A stretch of 64,000 nucleotides of DNA, taken from the NCBI RefSeq assembly GCF_964355755.1, contig NC_092671.1, forward strand, positions 3,348,001-3,412,000, read 5' to 3'. This DNA comes from Antedon mediterranea. Its lineage: Eukaryota > Animalia > Echinodermata. The translations under genes and the position numbers were made by a program. Positions within the stretch are counted from its first letter, which is position 1. Each line of letters begins with the position of its first letter. Below are positions 13,501 to 32,300 of this stretch, piece by piece. A model generated the notes under the pieces. That model worked only from the letters and a program-made list of their open reading frames with translations. It did no database searches and was not told the origin of the DNA.

Positions 13501-14373
13501 GGTAAAAAAATCCATTAAATTTGGTAAAAAAAAAAAGTATGGCAGCCCTTTTAGATTACTTTTTACTCAAACTTTAGGAAAAACTAGAATTAAAACAAAA
13601 CCTAATGTTTATACATTTTGTAATTTATTACAGATCTGTACACATGATTTCCAGACTAAACAATCATTTTTTAATACAATTCAATTTATAACAGAGTGGA
13701 TTGAATGGAACGGCCGACACTACTCCTTGTTATACCACACTACAACATGCTGCAGTTTACATTCCTGAATTTAAATCGTTTAATTTCTATTTATTTATTT
13801 CAGAGTTTTAACTGGCTGTGTGTGTCAGCTGTGTGTTTGCCATATTTTGTTTTCTTGCTTTTAAAACTACTAATAGAGAATGTTACCTATATTGTCAGTT
13901 GACTACATTCTTTCAATAATGTACAATATCAAAATAATTGCATAATATACATTACAATCTTCAGAAAAAGAAGATATATGTAGAGTTTCATCATTTTATC
14001 CCTTTCAGTACATTAAAAATCATTTCCACCAGAACGTACTTTTTAGTCCTTCCAAATTGTATGGTCAAATGAATATTTATACGATGGAAGCAACTTGGTT
14101 CCAACTTGGACGTAATGCAACAACGCAAGTGAGTTGATACCAATCAAAAGTGACAGTTCAGATGATCCATAGCCTAATGATTGTTCAAATTAATTATGGC
14201 TGGCTTACTGTACGCCTAGTGTGAAAACCAAGCTGGCATAATATTTTAGGTGTGTCAATAGCACCTTAGTGGATCCATTCTTTAAATGCACATTAACAGC
14301 GACGATCCATGATAGATATTGCACTGCTGCTTGTAATTTTAACACCACTGGTTTCCCAACACAATTTTCTTTT

Positions 14374-15731
14374 CTAGTAAACATGAACCATACCGTATAA
14401 AAATCTGAAAAACAAATATGCTAAGAAAAAGAACAAGAAAAACCCTATTAAAGTCTAAGAATAAATGAGTGGATGTTGTAAGATATAGGTAAGGTACCAG
14501 ATAGTACTAAATAAGAATGTAGGACAGAGTAGAAAATATGTACAAAATGCAAAAAGAAATATATAAATTCAAAAATTCAATTCAGGAAAACATTAAAAAG
14601 GATACGTCCAAAACAGTATATATGTCTGGAGCCTCTGGTTAAGGAATACAATGGAACAAAATGATACATTTAATTAATTATTATCGTTTGCAGTAGAATA
14701 CCTGCTTTGTGATACCTCTATTCTGGGGTTCTACTGTGTTAAATGCAGTATTTAAAATGATACAGTCAAACCAGCATGTTAAAAAGCTCAACAAGTGAAT
14801 ATGCATTATTAGTATTTCTATGTGACCTCTTCAGACTGTTCTCCCAGAGGGCCAATGATCAGTGACTGTGTGTGAAAGTGGCTGTGTGTGTACTAGTACA
14901 CCGGGGTAACTCATTTCGATGTACTAGGTTCTTCAAATTGCACATCACCTAGATAAATAGATAGTTATTAAGTTCTTGATCCTTATAATTTTTGTTTTAA
15001 TATTAATCACATATAGGACAATTATATATATTATATATTATATTATATAAACACATTAGGCAAAGAACATTAATTCTAAACCGCCCGGTGATATACTGAA
15101 ATTTAATTAATTAATTTGAAACGATAGAGATGAGGAAATCTGTGAGAATGAGAAAAAGTCGCCCCAACCGAGACTCGAATCCAGACCGTCTGCTTGATAT
15201 GCAGTTGTCCTAACCATTAGACCACTGGGGCTTTCATGGTATTGTTCAAACTCGATTGGATAGCGACTCTTTAACATTCTCGGCGTGGTACGGCGGAACA
15301 GCACTAGTCCTCAATTGTACGCACGCGCAACAGAGATCAAATTGATACGCCCTCATCTTTCAGTATTTTTATTCACGAGGCGGGATCTCCGAAGAGATAC
15401 TTTTATATATATAAACATATCAGGAAAGAACATTAATTCTAAACCGCCCGGTGATATACTGAAATTTTAATTAATTAATTAGAAACGATAAAGATAAGGA
15501 AAACTGTGAGAATGAGAAAAAGTCGCCCCAACCGAGACTCGAACTCGGACCTATAAGATAAAATATAAAAATGTTCTTTATTGTCATAACCACAAACATT
15601 TAATCAGGGTTTCTGTTCGGCTACTACTACATAGGCATACTCTCATCTGTATAAATAATCATATTATTATTAATAAACTTTTTAGGTTATATGCATGATA
15701 TGCATATAACCTCTTGATTCTGTCAGAATCT

Positions 15732-15778
<47 letters not shown>

Positions 15779-18029
15779 TTCTTTCCTTAGCACACCAGAG
15801 ATCAAATTGATACGCCCTTATCTAATTAGTATTTTTATTCACGAAGAATATATATATATTATATTTTACAGTATAACTGTACTATATTGGCCTAATTATA
15901 TAGAGCTGATGAAAAGGATACAAATAGACCTCCTAGAAGACCACTAGTTATCAGGGGTTTCCAACTAAAGAAGTATGAAGACCAATTCCGTCCTGCCTTT
16001 ATTATCAACATAACCTATAAGAAACAAGAGAAAACACACAATCATATACACAGTAATGAATAATTCTAGTAAAGCCCTGTCTACATGTTCATTTCAAAGG
16101 AAAGTGGAGTGTCCCTAAAAGAGGAAATCTAAAGCTCTGTCTACACTATCAAAATAGTTTGACAAAAAAAAAGGTGTGATGTGCCCAAATATGGTAGTGT
16201 TATGCTTAAATATGGTAGTAATATGACATCATCATGTCCATATATGGGCACATCACATTTTGTTGTCACATAAAGTTTGAAAGTGTAAACAGAGCTTAAT
16301 AAATATTGTATGGATTCTAATGTCTTCCATCCAGTCTGATTTCAACACAGCATCATTCAAGAAACCTTTGAGTACTTGAAAGTACCAATTAATTATTTTC
16401 CTATCATCCTTAACTTAAGACATGGTATCACTACTAGCCAGTGGTGTAATGCAGGAGGCAAAGGCTCCTGGTTTAGCACTCCAAGGAGCCTTCTAATGCT
16501 GGGTAGTTGCATTGAATCTGGGCTTATGCTCTGGGACCCCTGGGTTTAGCCATTGAGCGCTCGTAGAGTTACGCTGACTGACCACTAGACTTCTTTAGCT
16601 ACATGCCTGATTTGTACATTAAGAAATGTATGACTTACTGATAAGATAAATGAGGTAATGAAATAGAATATGAAGCCATAAAGACCAGTGAGTCCTAGAA
16701 TACCTGCTGTAGCACCAGACAACGCAGACATTGATGTACGACTGTAAAAGAAAACAAAAATATAGATCTATATAGATTGTCCTGCTACAAACTATACACA
16801 GCCTAGTTTTAAAGCCTCTAAGTCACTATTGATGTTATCATACTAGATGATTGAATGTTCCTACTAGGTCGCAATACAAGGATTTAGACATAACGCAAGT
16901 GAGTTGACCAATCAACAACAGATCGAATAATCCATCGATTGTGATTGGTCAAATCACTTGAATTGCGCTTATGCCCTTGTGTTGTATCTGAGTCGGAACC
17001 AAGCATTATTGAGAACAACCACCTTCAAACAAAGTCTTCACCAATCTCTTCCTACTCAGCCCAATTTCAACATACTACCCACCACCCAAAACACCTCTGA
17101 GGACATGAAAGTTGTTTTTTCTTCCACAACTATTTTCTCTAGCTACATCCCTGCTTCAGCCATCTCTCATCACTAGCAAAAACACCAGGGTTTACCACAT
17201 GTAAGTATGTACTTCACACATTTAAACTCCGGGAAAGGTAGAATGATAAACGTTTGTACATGATTCTTGCTTACCAATAATCAATGACTGACTGATTATT
17301 TCTCATGGCAACTTCATTCAGAATGACTTGTTCTAAACATGAATTGAAAAAATTAATTAATTAATTAAAAATGAAAAAAATTAATATTAATACTAAATAG
17401 ATAGATACTAATAGGCATTAACAACTGGACCAAGCTAGGGATCAGATGATAAAAATACAGTTAAATATAAATATCATTATTATTTATAAATACAGTTAAA
17501 TAATATATATGCCTAGGCCTATATTAATAATTAATTCCTCTATCTGTTAGTTATTTATAAAAAAAAATTAAAATTCAAACTTTTTATTAAATTAGACTTT
17601 TTTATTTTTATAAATCAAAAAATGAATAAAACATTATAAGCAAATTTGTCTACAGAACCATTACCAGATCAGAGTACACATAACAGTAATTCTTAAACAT
17701 AGGATCTTATAACAAGACAACGCCATCATCGTCGGCAATGTTTAAGCTAGGCCTACATTATACACGCTCATCACCGCTATATGGCTCGACCAAATACTCG
17801 GACGGAGAAAAATAAAACACAAAAATAGACACAGCTCCGGCCTTCGGGTTTCCTCACGACATTATCGACCCAAAAAACAAGAAGAAACAAATGAAATTTC
17901 TACACATATAACCTATATTAATAATTGAAATAAGGCAATAGAAAAAATAAATTTTAGTCGAGTTTCATAGAAGAAAATACCTCGTTTGTTGTGAGTAGGC
18001 GAATGTGATAATTGCTGATTAGCCGCCAT
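14374..18029 (-). CDS. EMC6: ER membrane protein complex subunit 6 (TMEM93), 6 exons, 117 aa
   Basis: Exons 18029-17981, 17332-17275, 16741-16639, 16014-15922, 14625-14606, 14404-14374 total 354 nt. The translation ...[31 protein letters not shown]...[20 protein letters not shown] closely matches human EMC6. Confidence 0.97.
14405..14605 (-). other. U12-type GT-AG intron 5 of EMC6
   Basis: 5' splice site GTATCCTTTTT. Degenerate branch site TTTCTTAGC about 15 nt from the exon. Confidence 0.8.
15047..15683 (-). repeat. tRNA-containing composite repeat, copy A (inverted copy at 18526-19175)
   Basis: ~360-bp unit, a partial second unit and ~130 bp of extra sequence. Near-identical reverse complement at 18526-19175; the ORF track shows mirrored ORFs 15107-15304/18914-19177 and 15285-15470/18745-18933. 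Confidence 0.9.
15160..15231 (-). pseudogene. tRNA-like sequence (72 nt) within the repeat; anticodon position reads ATC
   Basis: GCCCCAG/TTGGGGC acceptor stem, TGGTCTAATGGTTAGGA D arm, CTGC-ATATCAA-GCAG anticodon arm, TTCGAGT T loop with a mismatched T stem. Second copy on + at 18987-19060. Confidence 0.6.
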
Positions 18030-18164
18030 CTTTATTTTATCACACATATTATTGAGGGCGCCCTTAATATCTTTTGCTCGAGACGACGACGACAGAGAAA
18101 AACATAAACACACATGTTTGGATTTTCCTAGATATTTTCTTTAAAAAATCATACCAAATTTATC
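18030..18164. promoter_or_regulatory. Compact bidirectional promoter between EMC6 and TSTD2
   Basis: Divergent ATGs only 135 bp apart. YY1-type AAGATGGCGGC spans the EMC6 start, and the patch is CpG-rich. Confidence 0.75.
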
Positions 18165-23419
<5,255 letters not shown>

Positions 23420-23989
23420 AATGAGTGATAAAATGAATGATAAAATGGCAAACACTCAGATAGAAAAAAGTCTAAGAAATGGAAATAATTAGGAAAAAAT
23501 GTGTGATCAATTTTAAAGTGATTTCAGAGGTGTAAAGATCTGTTTACACTATCAAACTTTATGTGACAACAAAAATTTGATTTACATATATATGGACTGG
23601 ACATGATGATGTCATATCACTACCATATTTGGGCATATCACTACCATATTTGGTCATACACTTTTTTTGTCAAACTAGTTTGATAGTGTTGAAAGACCTT
23701 AACAGTAAACTTTTTCATACACAAATATTAGGATTAGCTATAACTACTGATCAATCTGAGTTTAGAGTAGAAAAAATAGTTTTAGTTTGCAAAAGCAATC
23801 TAAAAAAGTAGATCATTTAAAAAAAGAGTACTAGAAAAAGAAGCCCATGGGCTTCTGTTTGAGGTTTTACGGTATGCCAGTCTCAACAATCCCACTCGGC
23901 CACCTACCACTATCTTCAAACAGAAATGGCAGCCATCTTTTTGCAATGTCCATCATCTAACGATCTCATTCGATATCATTTACTCCTTA

Positions 23990-24167
23990 AGGCCAATTTA
24001 CACAGACGGTAACGGTAAGTGGAAAACTGCGTAGCTTGTCCCACATAGAATTCTGTTTCTATCCTGAGAGACACCTCAGCGCGTTGTGTAAAATATGTTC
24101 ATTAAAAGGAATAACATAGATTCTATATTTTTTATTACCGTTAGTGTTCGTCTGTGTAAATTGGCCT
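23990..24167. mobile_element. MITE, TIR AGGCCAATTTACACAGACG, TTA target duplication
   Basis: Perfect 19-bp terminal inverted repeats flanked by TTA on both sides. Confidence 0.8.
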
Positions 24168-25444
24168 TTAAGCTTCGATCATGTTATCGCTAGGTAACGC
24201 TGTATAGTTTTTTTTGCAAAACACCATGTATGCAAATATAACACATTGCGTGCCTGGATAACTACGTCATTGTTGTCATAGAATTGATTGATCGCGAGTT
24301 TATGCTCTAATAAAACATATAAGTCAATACTTGAAGAATATTAATATTGTGCAATTAATATTGATAAATACACGTTCTTCACAATGAATAACTGAACTGA
24401 ATAAAATATATTATAAAAAAATCAATTAATTTTGAATAATTTCTTCGAGTTGTTGATGTTATTGATGGTTAGTGCATTTATCCAAAGACATTAAGACTTC
24501 TTGATTAAATATAAGGTATTTTGTTTATGTGAAAAAAACAGATGGTCTGAATATCAAGTATCGGTGAATTGACAAAATTATAAAAATCAATATTTAAATA
24601 ATATAATAAGTAAGACTATTTGAATACGTGTTTCGTTAGTCTTCTTTCATTTCCACCTTGCTATTGCGTTGGACTATGAAGCAATATATATATATTTACT
24701 CCATGGTTAGAGGTACACTCAATCTACATCTACACTTTTAGTTCGGTAAGTCTTTTTATTTTTATCTCAAATCAAATTTCCTAAGTTATACATATATTAT
24801 TCTTCCTTTTCGTAAAATGTAAGAAGCAATAGGATTCAGAATATACCAGAATTAATAATACATACTGTACATTTGAAAATGTATTGTCCCCCGTTGTTGA
24901 ATATTACGTAATACTTATATATTTACTTTAACCAAAAATGTTACCCCTAAAACCTATTGAAACTTAAATTTAGTCAAATTTGCGGTTGGCTAATTGAGGT
25001 TTTGGTTGAATTATTTTTTCTTTATATAAATTGAAAACGGGTTTTTTTAATCGTGTTTTGCCTACGGAAGTGATTAACTTTATTAAAACTACAAAATGAT
25101 CTATGCAAAGTTTGATTTTATTAATCTTATGCTTTTAAGTAAATATTGCTTTTAAGTTCAAATGAAAAATAGAAGCATTTAATTCATCCAGATACATTTA
25201 ATCTGAATTTTATTTATTTTATGTTATTTCATTTCATCAAAACCAACAGCAACGAAAGTTGCCACTTAAAGGTATGAAACAGAACAGATACAATAAATAC
25301 TCTATATGAAGCAAACTTGAATAAATAAGTAAATAGTAAAAAAATAGCCTATTTTGTATTGTATTATTTTTTTGTTTGATAACTGAATATTTTCCAAATA
25401 AACAAATTCAATCAAACTTTTTACTCAAAAGTTTGCCTTAATTA

Positions 25445-25668
25445 AACGTGGTTCCCACTAGAACGCAACGTAACGCAACGTAACGCAGCGACGTATCGAC
25501 GCAAAGTGCTGTATTGCGTAATCACAAGTGGGAACCGACGACGGAACAGTGCTGCAAAAATTGCAGGTTTGATTTCACGCAGGCGGGGGAAAAAACAATT
25601 ATGGGAAGGGCATTTTGTTACGTTGTGTCGGTTGCGTTACGTTGCGTCGCTAGTGGGAACCACGCTTT
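25445..25668. mobile_element. MITE related to family B (TIR CGTGGTTCCCACTAG)
   Basis: Inverted termini with subterminal AACGCAACGT repeats. Confidence 0.75.
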
Positions 25669-26350
25669 ACTAATTTGCAAACGAATGCCGACGATATAAA
25701 ATAATTTTTCTTTACAGTATATCATTTCCTTCAGATGAACAAAAAGTGCGTATGTGGGCTACGTACCACGTCTAGTACCAATGTGCACACCAATACAAGA
25801 TGGTTTTCTGGAAATTGGTTTGGAAGAAATTGTATGAACAAAGAAATGTTGGATGTGCGTCTACATACCAATGTGGTTACCCAGGAGATGTTTCTGTGGT
25901 TTGGAAATTGCTGACTATCGTTTTACGTAAGGAAGAAACACTATTATTAGTCCTGTAACTTTAAACAATAATAATTAACAATCATTGATCATTGTTTAAT
26001 TGTAATGCTTAATAATTATTTATGGTTTAAATATTACTTTATTGCACGAACCATTTATTAATTTAATTGAATAAATTATATTATCATATTAAGTACCTAT
26101 TAAGAAGGGAAGTTGGAATGTTTATGAAGAAAGTTGACGTGACATGTAAAAAGCGTTTCGACGTCGAATGTGAAACGCAGTTTTGTCTGAAGATGGTCAC
26201 GTGAGTATACAAATAAGGTTTGTATGTCAAAATGGGGGTTGACCGAACTGTCTTGTATCGTCCTGTTTCGTACTGTCCTTGTATCGTTTTTTATTTTGTA
26301 ATAATTTTAGAAAAAGGTATTTGTTAGCATTATTGATTACTAAAACACAG

Positions 26351-29300
26351 GAGAACCAACGACAACAGCACCTCCGACTACCGAATCTCCGACAACTGAA
26401 CTTCTAACGACTGAAATTCTGACGACTGAAGTTCTGACGACTGAAATTCTGACGACTGAATTACCAACAACCGAGGAACCGACAACCGCTAGTGCAACAA
26501 TCATAGGTAAGCATACACTCATATTGATTGAAAAGTAACTGTATTTGTACCGTATAAACACAATTTGAGAAAATAAAGTTAAGTACCGTAATGTGTGTGT
26601 AATTTTCCTGTAAAATGACATGGCCAAAAAGATGAATCTACGTGGAAAACGAATGTTGTCATAAAGAAAATCTCAAACAGAAAGATCCGTAACAGAGAAA
26701 ATGAAATAACATATTGGAAAGACGACTGATGATGAGATAATAATGTTGCCATCCTCAGCCTAATAAAATTGATTGTAGGCCTGTAGAAAAGAAAGCACAT
26801 GGAAACTGAATCTAGCACTTTTTATTCAAACGTTTTTTATTTACAGAAGTAATAACAGAGAGAGAAACAACAGAACCGACGACAGCTAAACCCACGACAA
26901 CTGAACAAAGTACGTATGAATAGCCATGGTAGTTCCTTTTAATTCCTCCGTGGTATGGAAGTGGATATCTATTTTATCTACTAAATACTCAATATCATTT
27001 TAATAACTTGTAGCTTGACATTTTGACTGAATGTGCACACATACAATTTTCTAAAAGTGGAAAAAATAACACAAATTTGACTTATTGAAAAATGTGGCTG
27101 TTGTCGGACATAAATCACAATATTTCTTAGGCCTATTGTATATTTCTAACAACTCAGCCACTACATCCATCCATCGTTGCTTCTCTAATCTGATCGTAAT
27201 CAACATTATCGAAGTATATATTGTCATTATTATTGATGTTTTTGTATTTACCTTAATTTATAAGTAATCAATTCCGAAAATCAATTTACAGTCACGACGA
27301 CCGTGCAAACAACAACCGAGGAACCGACAACAGAGGCGATCACAACGATTGTAATAACAACGCAAGAAGGTAAAAATAACAACACATAATCGATAATCCT
27401 TTAATCAATATCGATCTATTCCATCGCTATGGCATCTACATCGAAGGTTTTAAATAATTATATAACTGTTGTATTCTTACATTGTATTGTAATTTATATT
27501 TATGACAAACTCTAATTACGTCAAAGAAAACATCTGACCAAATTAACTTACACATTTATTATCACTACCCACTGCTTCTAAAAGCTTGGTTCCCACCAGG
27601 ACGCAACACAAGTGCGTGAGCGCAAACGCAACCGAATTGACCAATGACAAGCGACAGTTCGGATAATCCATCGCTTGCGATTGGTCAAGTTATTTACGTT
27701 GTGTTTACGTCCTTGCGTTGCGTCTGAGTAGGAACCAGGCTCAAATATAACTCAGCCATCAGCGCGGACTGATCTAGATGACGAACACAATGCTAGTGAT
27801 CTGGAGTTCGTGGGTTCGAGTCCCACTCGAGAATTCTAAATACATTTACAATTACGTCGTCATAGTTAGGCAAACATCTTATCAATTAAATTAATCCCTG
27901 ACGCAAAACAACTTTTAAGTAGTTTTTTTTAATTATCATCATATATTATTTTAATTTTTTTTTCAGCTGAAATCCTGTACACTGAATACTTCTGTCCATT
28001 TAGCGCCGCCGCAGACATTCCTGTAAATAGTAATACGACTAGTAGTAATGTTACCAGTATGACATGCATCTTGGAGCCGTACGCTGAAAGTACGTTACAT
28101 CTGACTGATGGCCTATCTCTCTCCGACGACGGCATCGTAGACGGCGCGATCCGGATGGAAGGAGACGCTGGTGATGGCGCTGGAAGCTATTTGAGTCTTC
28201 CTTTTAACGGACAGTGTACGCTTGATCCGGCCATGTGTGAGTCCGGTCTGGCCATCGGGTTGTTTGTCAAAGTTACCGATGACGATTTGCAACAAACTGG
28301 TCCAAAATACATATTAAGTTCAGGTAATGAAGACAACAGGAACATTTTACAAACTCTATTTTCGTTACGTTCACACACTGATCCGGATTCCGGTTCGGTG
28401 GTCGGTATCCGGGTTCATAGTGTTTTGCCTTTATCGGTAACGACAAATATATGGGTTTATTAACAATGTTGTATCTATATTTTGTAATGAACAGTACACA
28501 TTTCGAAACCGAAGCTATATATTATAATAACCTTTAAGTTTAGTTTTCATGCAAATTGTTAATTTCTTCCTAGGTTACGGCAATGCAACAGGGTTCGACA
28601 TATACCGTGAGTCGAACACTCTCGTCTTCCAAGTTCGTGACGGGACTCACCTGTGGACATCAATTGTTAATGATACACTGGACAGTAGCGGATACTTTCA
28701 CGCGGCGTTTGTGTGGAGTGAGGAAGAGGGCCTTACGGTTAGTATGGTCGTTGACCTAATGAGTATCCTTTGTCCGCCTCCCTAGTATGATTTTTTTTTG
28801 TTATAGGCTTAAAGACCAACTCAGATAGCATCGTACGACAAGGTCCGACGAAACGTCTCGACTCGTCGGTGCTATCTGAGTTGAATCCCGACGAGACGAG
28901 TCGTCTTGAGATAGCGTCGGGCGTAGTTGTTATGTTGTCGGGAGAACTTTAAACTTTCTCCCTACGAGACGACTCGTCGGGCCTCATCGTACGACGCTGT
29001 TTGAGTTGGCCTCAATCGAATCGATTGACACATACTTCTTTGAATGTTCGATTATCTTTAAAACTATAATACCGTATTAATATTATAGTGTTTTGAATTA
29101 TACTGTACATGTTTTTTATATAATTTCCTTTGTGTTTTTAAGGCTTTGATTGACGGCGAAGAAGTTCACCAGATGATGACAAAGGTTCCTTATTTCGTTC
29201 TCCCAAATTTAGGAAACATCACTTTGGGTGCCAGAATTGTAGATGGCGAGTTCACAGACTTCGCTTCCGGTACCTACGATGAAATGCAAATTATGCAGCT

Positions 29301-32300
29301 ATTCTTACCTGATGATGAACATAGAAAACTGGCCATAATGAATGGAATAGGTATGGAACGCCGCATTGGCAAATGTTTAGTTGCATATAATAGTCAAATA
29401 GTGGTCACTTACAAAATACAGTATATGTTATGTATACACACATTTTGTTTATTATTAGATGGCGATGACTGTCGTTATGTTACGTGTGACAATGGTATAT
29501 GTAGAGACGCTGGTATTAGAAACTTTACATGTGTCTGTGATATTGGCTACATCGGAACTCTATGCAGTGAAGGTAAATATATTCTATTTCTATTTTTTTT
29601 TTATCGAACTCCACTTTATTGTGATAAATATAAACAATTCATTGGAACAAGTACTTTATGCTATTGTTTTAATTGGTTATTCATTGCAAAACTTTTGACC
29701 AATCAGCAAACGTTCCTATGACGTAATTTTGTTGTTGTTCTTGAATGCAATGAAGTGTGACTAAACAAATTCAGAGCGGCGCGACGGCCGGAGGAACACA
29801 GCCTGGCTGGGTGGTCTAGGCCTAGGCGCGGCTACGTCGTCTGAATTTTTAATACAAATCAAATAAATACGCCGAGTAGCTTAAGTTAACAAAAACTTAT
29901 ATAATTAATTGCCCTTACGGCGAGGAGTAATCAATCCACCAGCCAGGCTCGCTCTACTATTTATATATTAGGCCTAGCTAGGCCCTAGTCTAGAGTATAG
30001 GTATAATATAGGCCATATAGGTGATGTGATTGGGTTTCGAAGGCTTTTTTCTAACTAACAAGCTAGTAGAGGGCATAGCGTAGTAGTAGAACACATAGGC
30101 CTAGGCCCTAGTTAGGCCTAGCCTAGTCCTTGATTAGTCCTATATAGGTTTAGTAAGTAGGTACGAACTTTAATTCAAAATATAAATGAATGCATTTTAA
30201 AAATAAAATAATGTTTTAATTCAACAGATGAAGATGATTGTGTTAATAGTCTATGCTTGAATGGCGCTACTTGCCATGATCGTATTGGCACTTACCGTTG
30301 CGAATGTGAATTTGGCTATGATGGAGATTTCTGTGAAATTGGTGAGTATAATAATAATATAATATGATATTCTTAATTATAGTAATAGTGTCAGCTAGAA
30401 AGACCATGTGAAAAACATTTTACCAAGAGCAATCATATATCTTGATGCGATATAATTGGTAGTATTTATTTTTGACGAAAAAGAAAATAGTAGTACTAGT
30501 AGGCCTAAGTTACTATACCTAGGGAAAGATACCACTTATTAACAAATTGCAACTCAGAGGGAAAAAAAGGAATTACTTATACTTATATTATTTTAATTTT
30601 TATCTCTAGATTTGACACCAACATTTAATTACAGTTATGTTGCTATAGTCTCACCAGAAGATCTTTTGGGTAAGTTTTGATCCAATGTATAATAGTAGTG
30701 CTTCGTTTGTAAACAATATACAAAAATGAAGGAAAAAAAATACTGTACATCAGCTGGCAGGCGTAGTTTAATAGATAATGATGAGTATAATAAATACACC
30801 ACAAAACGTAACTATCAATAAGTTATGGTTAAAAGAATTTTTTTTTAAATATGGATACTGCTAAAAGTATTGCCAATTTTGTTCCATACAAGTGTTGGGT
30901 TCTGAAATAATAAAATAGAAAGTACAGTCGACTGTCCAAATAAACTCGAAACTATCCCAAATTCTTTTTTACAATTAAACACACATTTGTAATACCAGAA
31001 TTTCTAGAAAGCCCAAACAAACCCAAGGGAAAAATATTTTTGTATTTTAGAATTGGTGTTATTATAATTTCTACCAAAATCTATTATTAACATCACAAAT
31101 TCTGATTAAAATATTGAGTTATCGTTTTCTTCAATATAGGCCGAAATAATATATACAACGCCCTCAATTGCTCTCTTCAAGTATTTTGCTCAGTTAATAA
31201 TAATAATTAAACATTTTTTATTTCCAATGTCCACAGATCAAAATGATGAGTTACTCAGAAATCCCTTATATGAGCTTGCTCAGCGCTTTGAATCTCTGGC
31301 AGATGACGGTAACCAGTTTACGGAGTTTGACGCTGTTGGCAGAGGAGAGGTAGGCATGCATGGTAGAATGACAGCAGCTGGGTCGTGGATGAATGCGGTT
31401 CCTGGCGGGGGAGAAATGTCTTTAGTAGGTGGAGATTGTCTCAGTCGGCCCGATTTGTGTCAGAACGGTTTTGCAGCATCGTTCTGGATGAAGATTTTCA
31501 GTTCCATAGATTTGGACACACCAGGCATTATACTACACGGTGGCGCTAACAAAGGATATGGCGCGTTTACAATGCTGGAGCTCACAGACAATTATGCCTT
31601 GATATTAACAGGTATTATAATGATAAATTATTATTATATTTATTTACAATACTACCAGTTTTTTTCGCAACTTCCTATAGCAAAAGATAAGTGTTCAAAG
31701 AGCGTGTTTGTTTGATTGGCAGCAGATAGGCTAGCAGATTGGATTTGTTTTTTATATTGCTGGTGATACAAATCCTTGTGTTTCATTTATTAATGCATTG
31801 GTATAGCACAAATAAAACTGAAATATTGTGTAAATGATTATATTGAAATGTTTGATAGTAAACCAGTAATTTTAACTTACAACTGATGAAGTCTAGCTGA
31901 CAGCTAGATGAAACTGTCTTGAAACGTAAGTTAAAATGACTCGTTTACTATCAATGAACTACATATCAATATACTAATCGACACCAGAGGAAAGTGTTTT
32001 CACTAGTAATAATTATGTCTTTATTATTTTAGTTGGTTATGCTGGTGGTGGCACTGTGTCTGGCACTTCTCGCTCCAACGCGGTCGAGGCAGGTCATTGG
32101 ATTAATGTAGGCCTAACATATTCTACACATTATGGTGTCGCTATTTTTATCAATGGACACCAACTCAGCTTACAATCCAGGCAAAGTGGCTCACCCGACA
32201 CCAGCAACTCAGATAGGATAACATTTGGTACGGTGTATACAGAAAACACGGCCTTTCCCATAGCTGTTTCTGATTTTGTCGTGTGGAACCGTTATCTTTT

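Larger units (their letters stand above)
14626..15921 (-). other. U12-type (minor spliceosome) GT-AG intron 4 of EMC6
   Basis: 5' splice site GTATCCTTTT. Canonical branch site TTCCTTAAC (14646-14638) followed by 12 nt to the exon, with no polypyrimidine tract. Confidence 0.93.

Noticed and set aside
26124-26200. ATG-initiated segment ending at a GTGAGT donor as the aGPCR first exon
   Set aside because: Ends in phase 2 while the next exon needs phase 1, and it is not hydrophobic.
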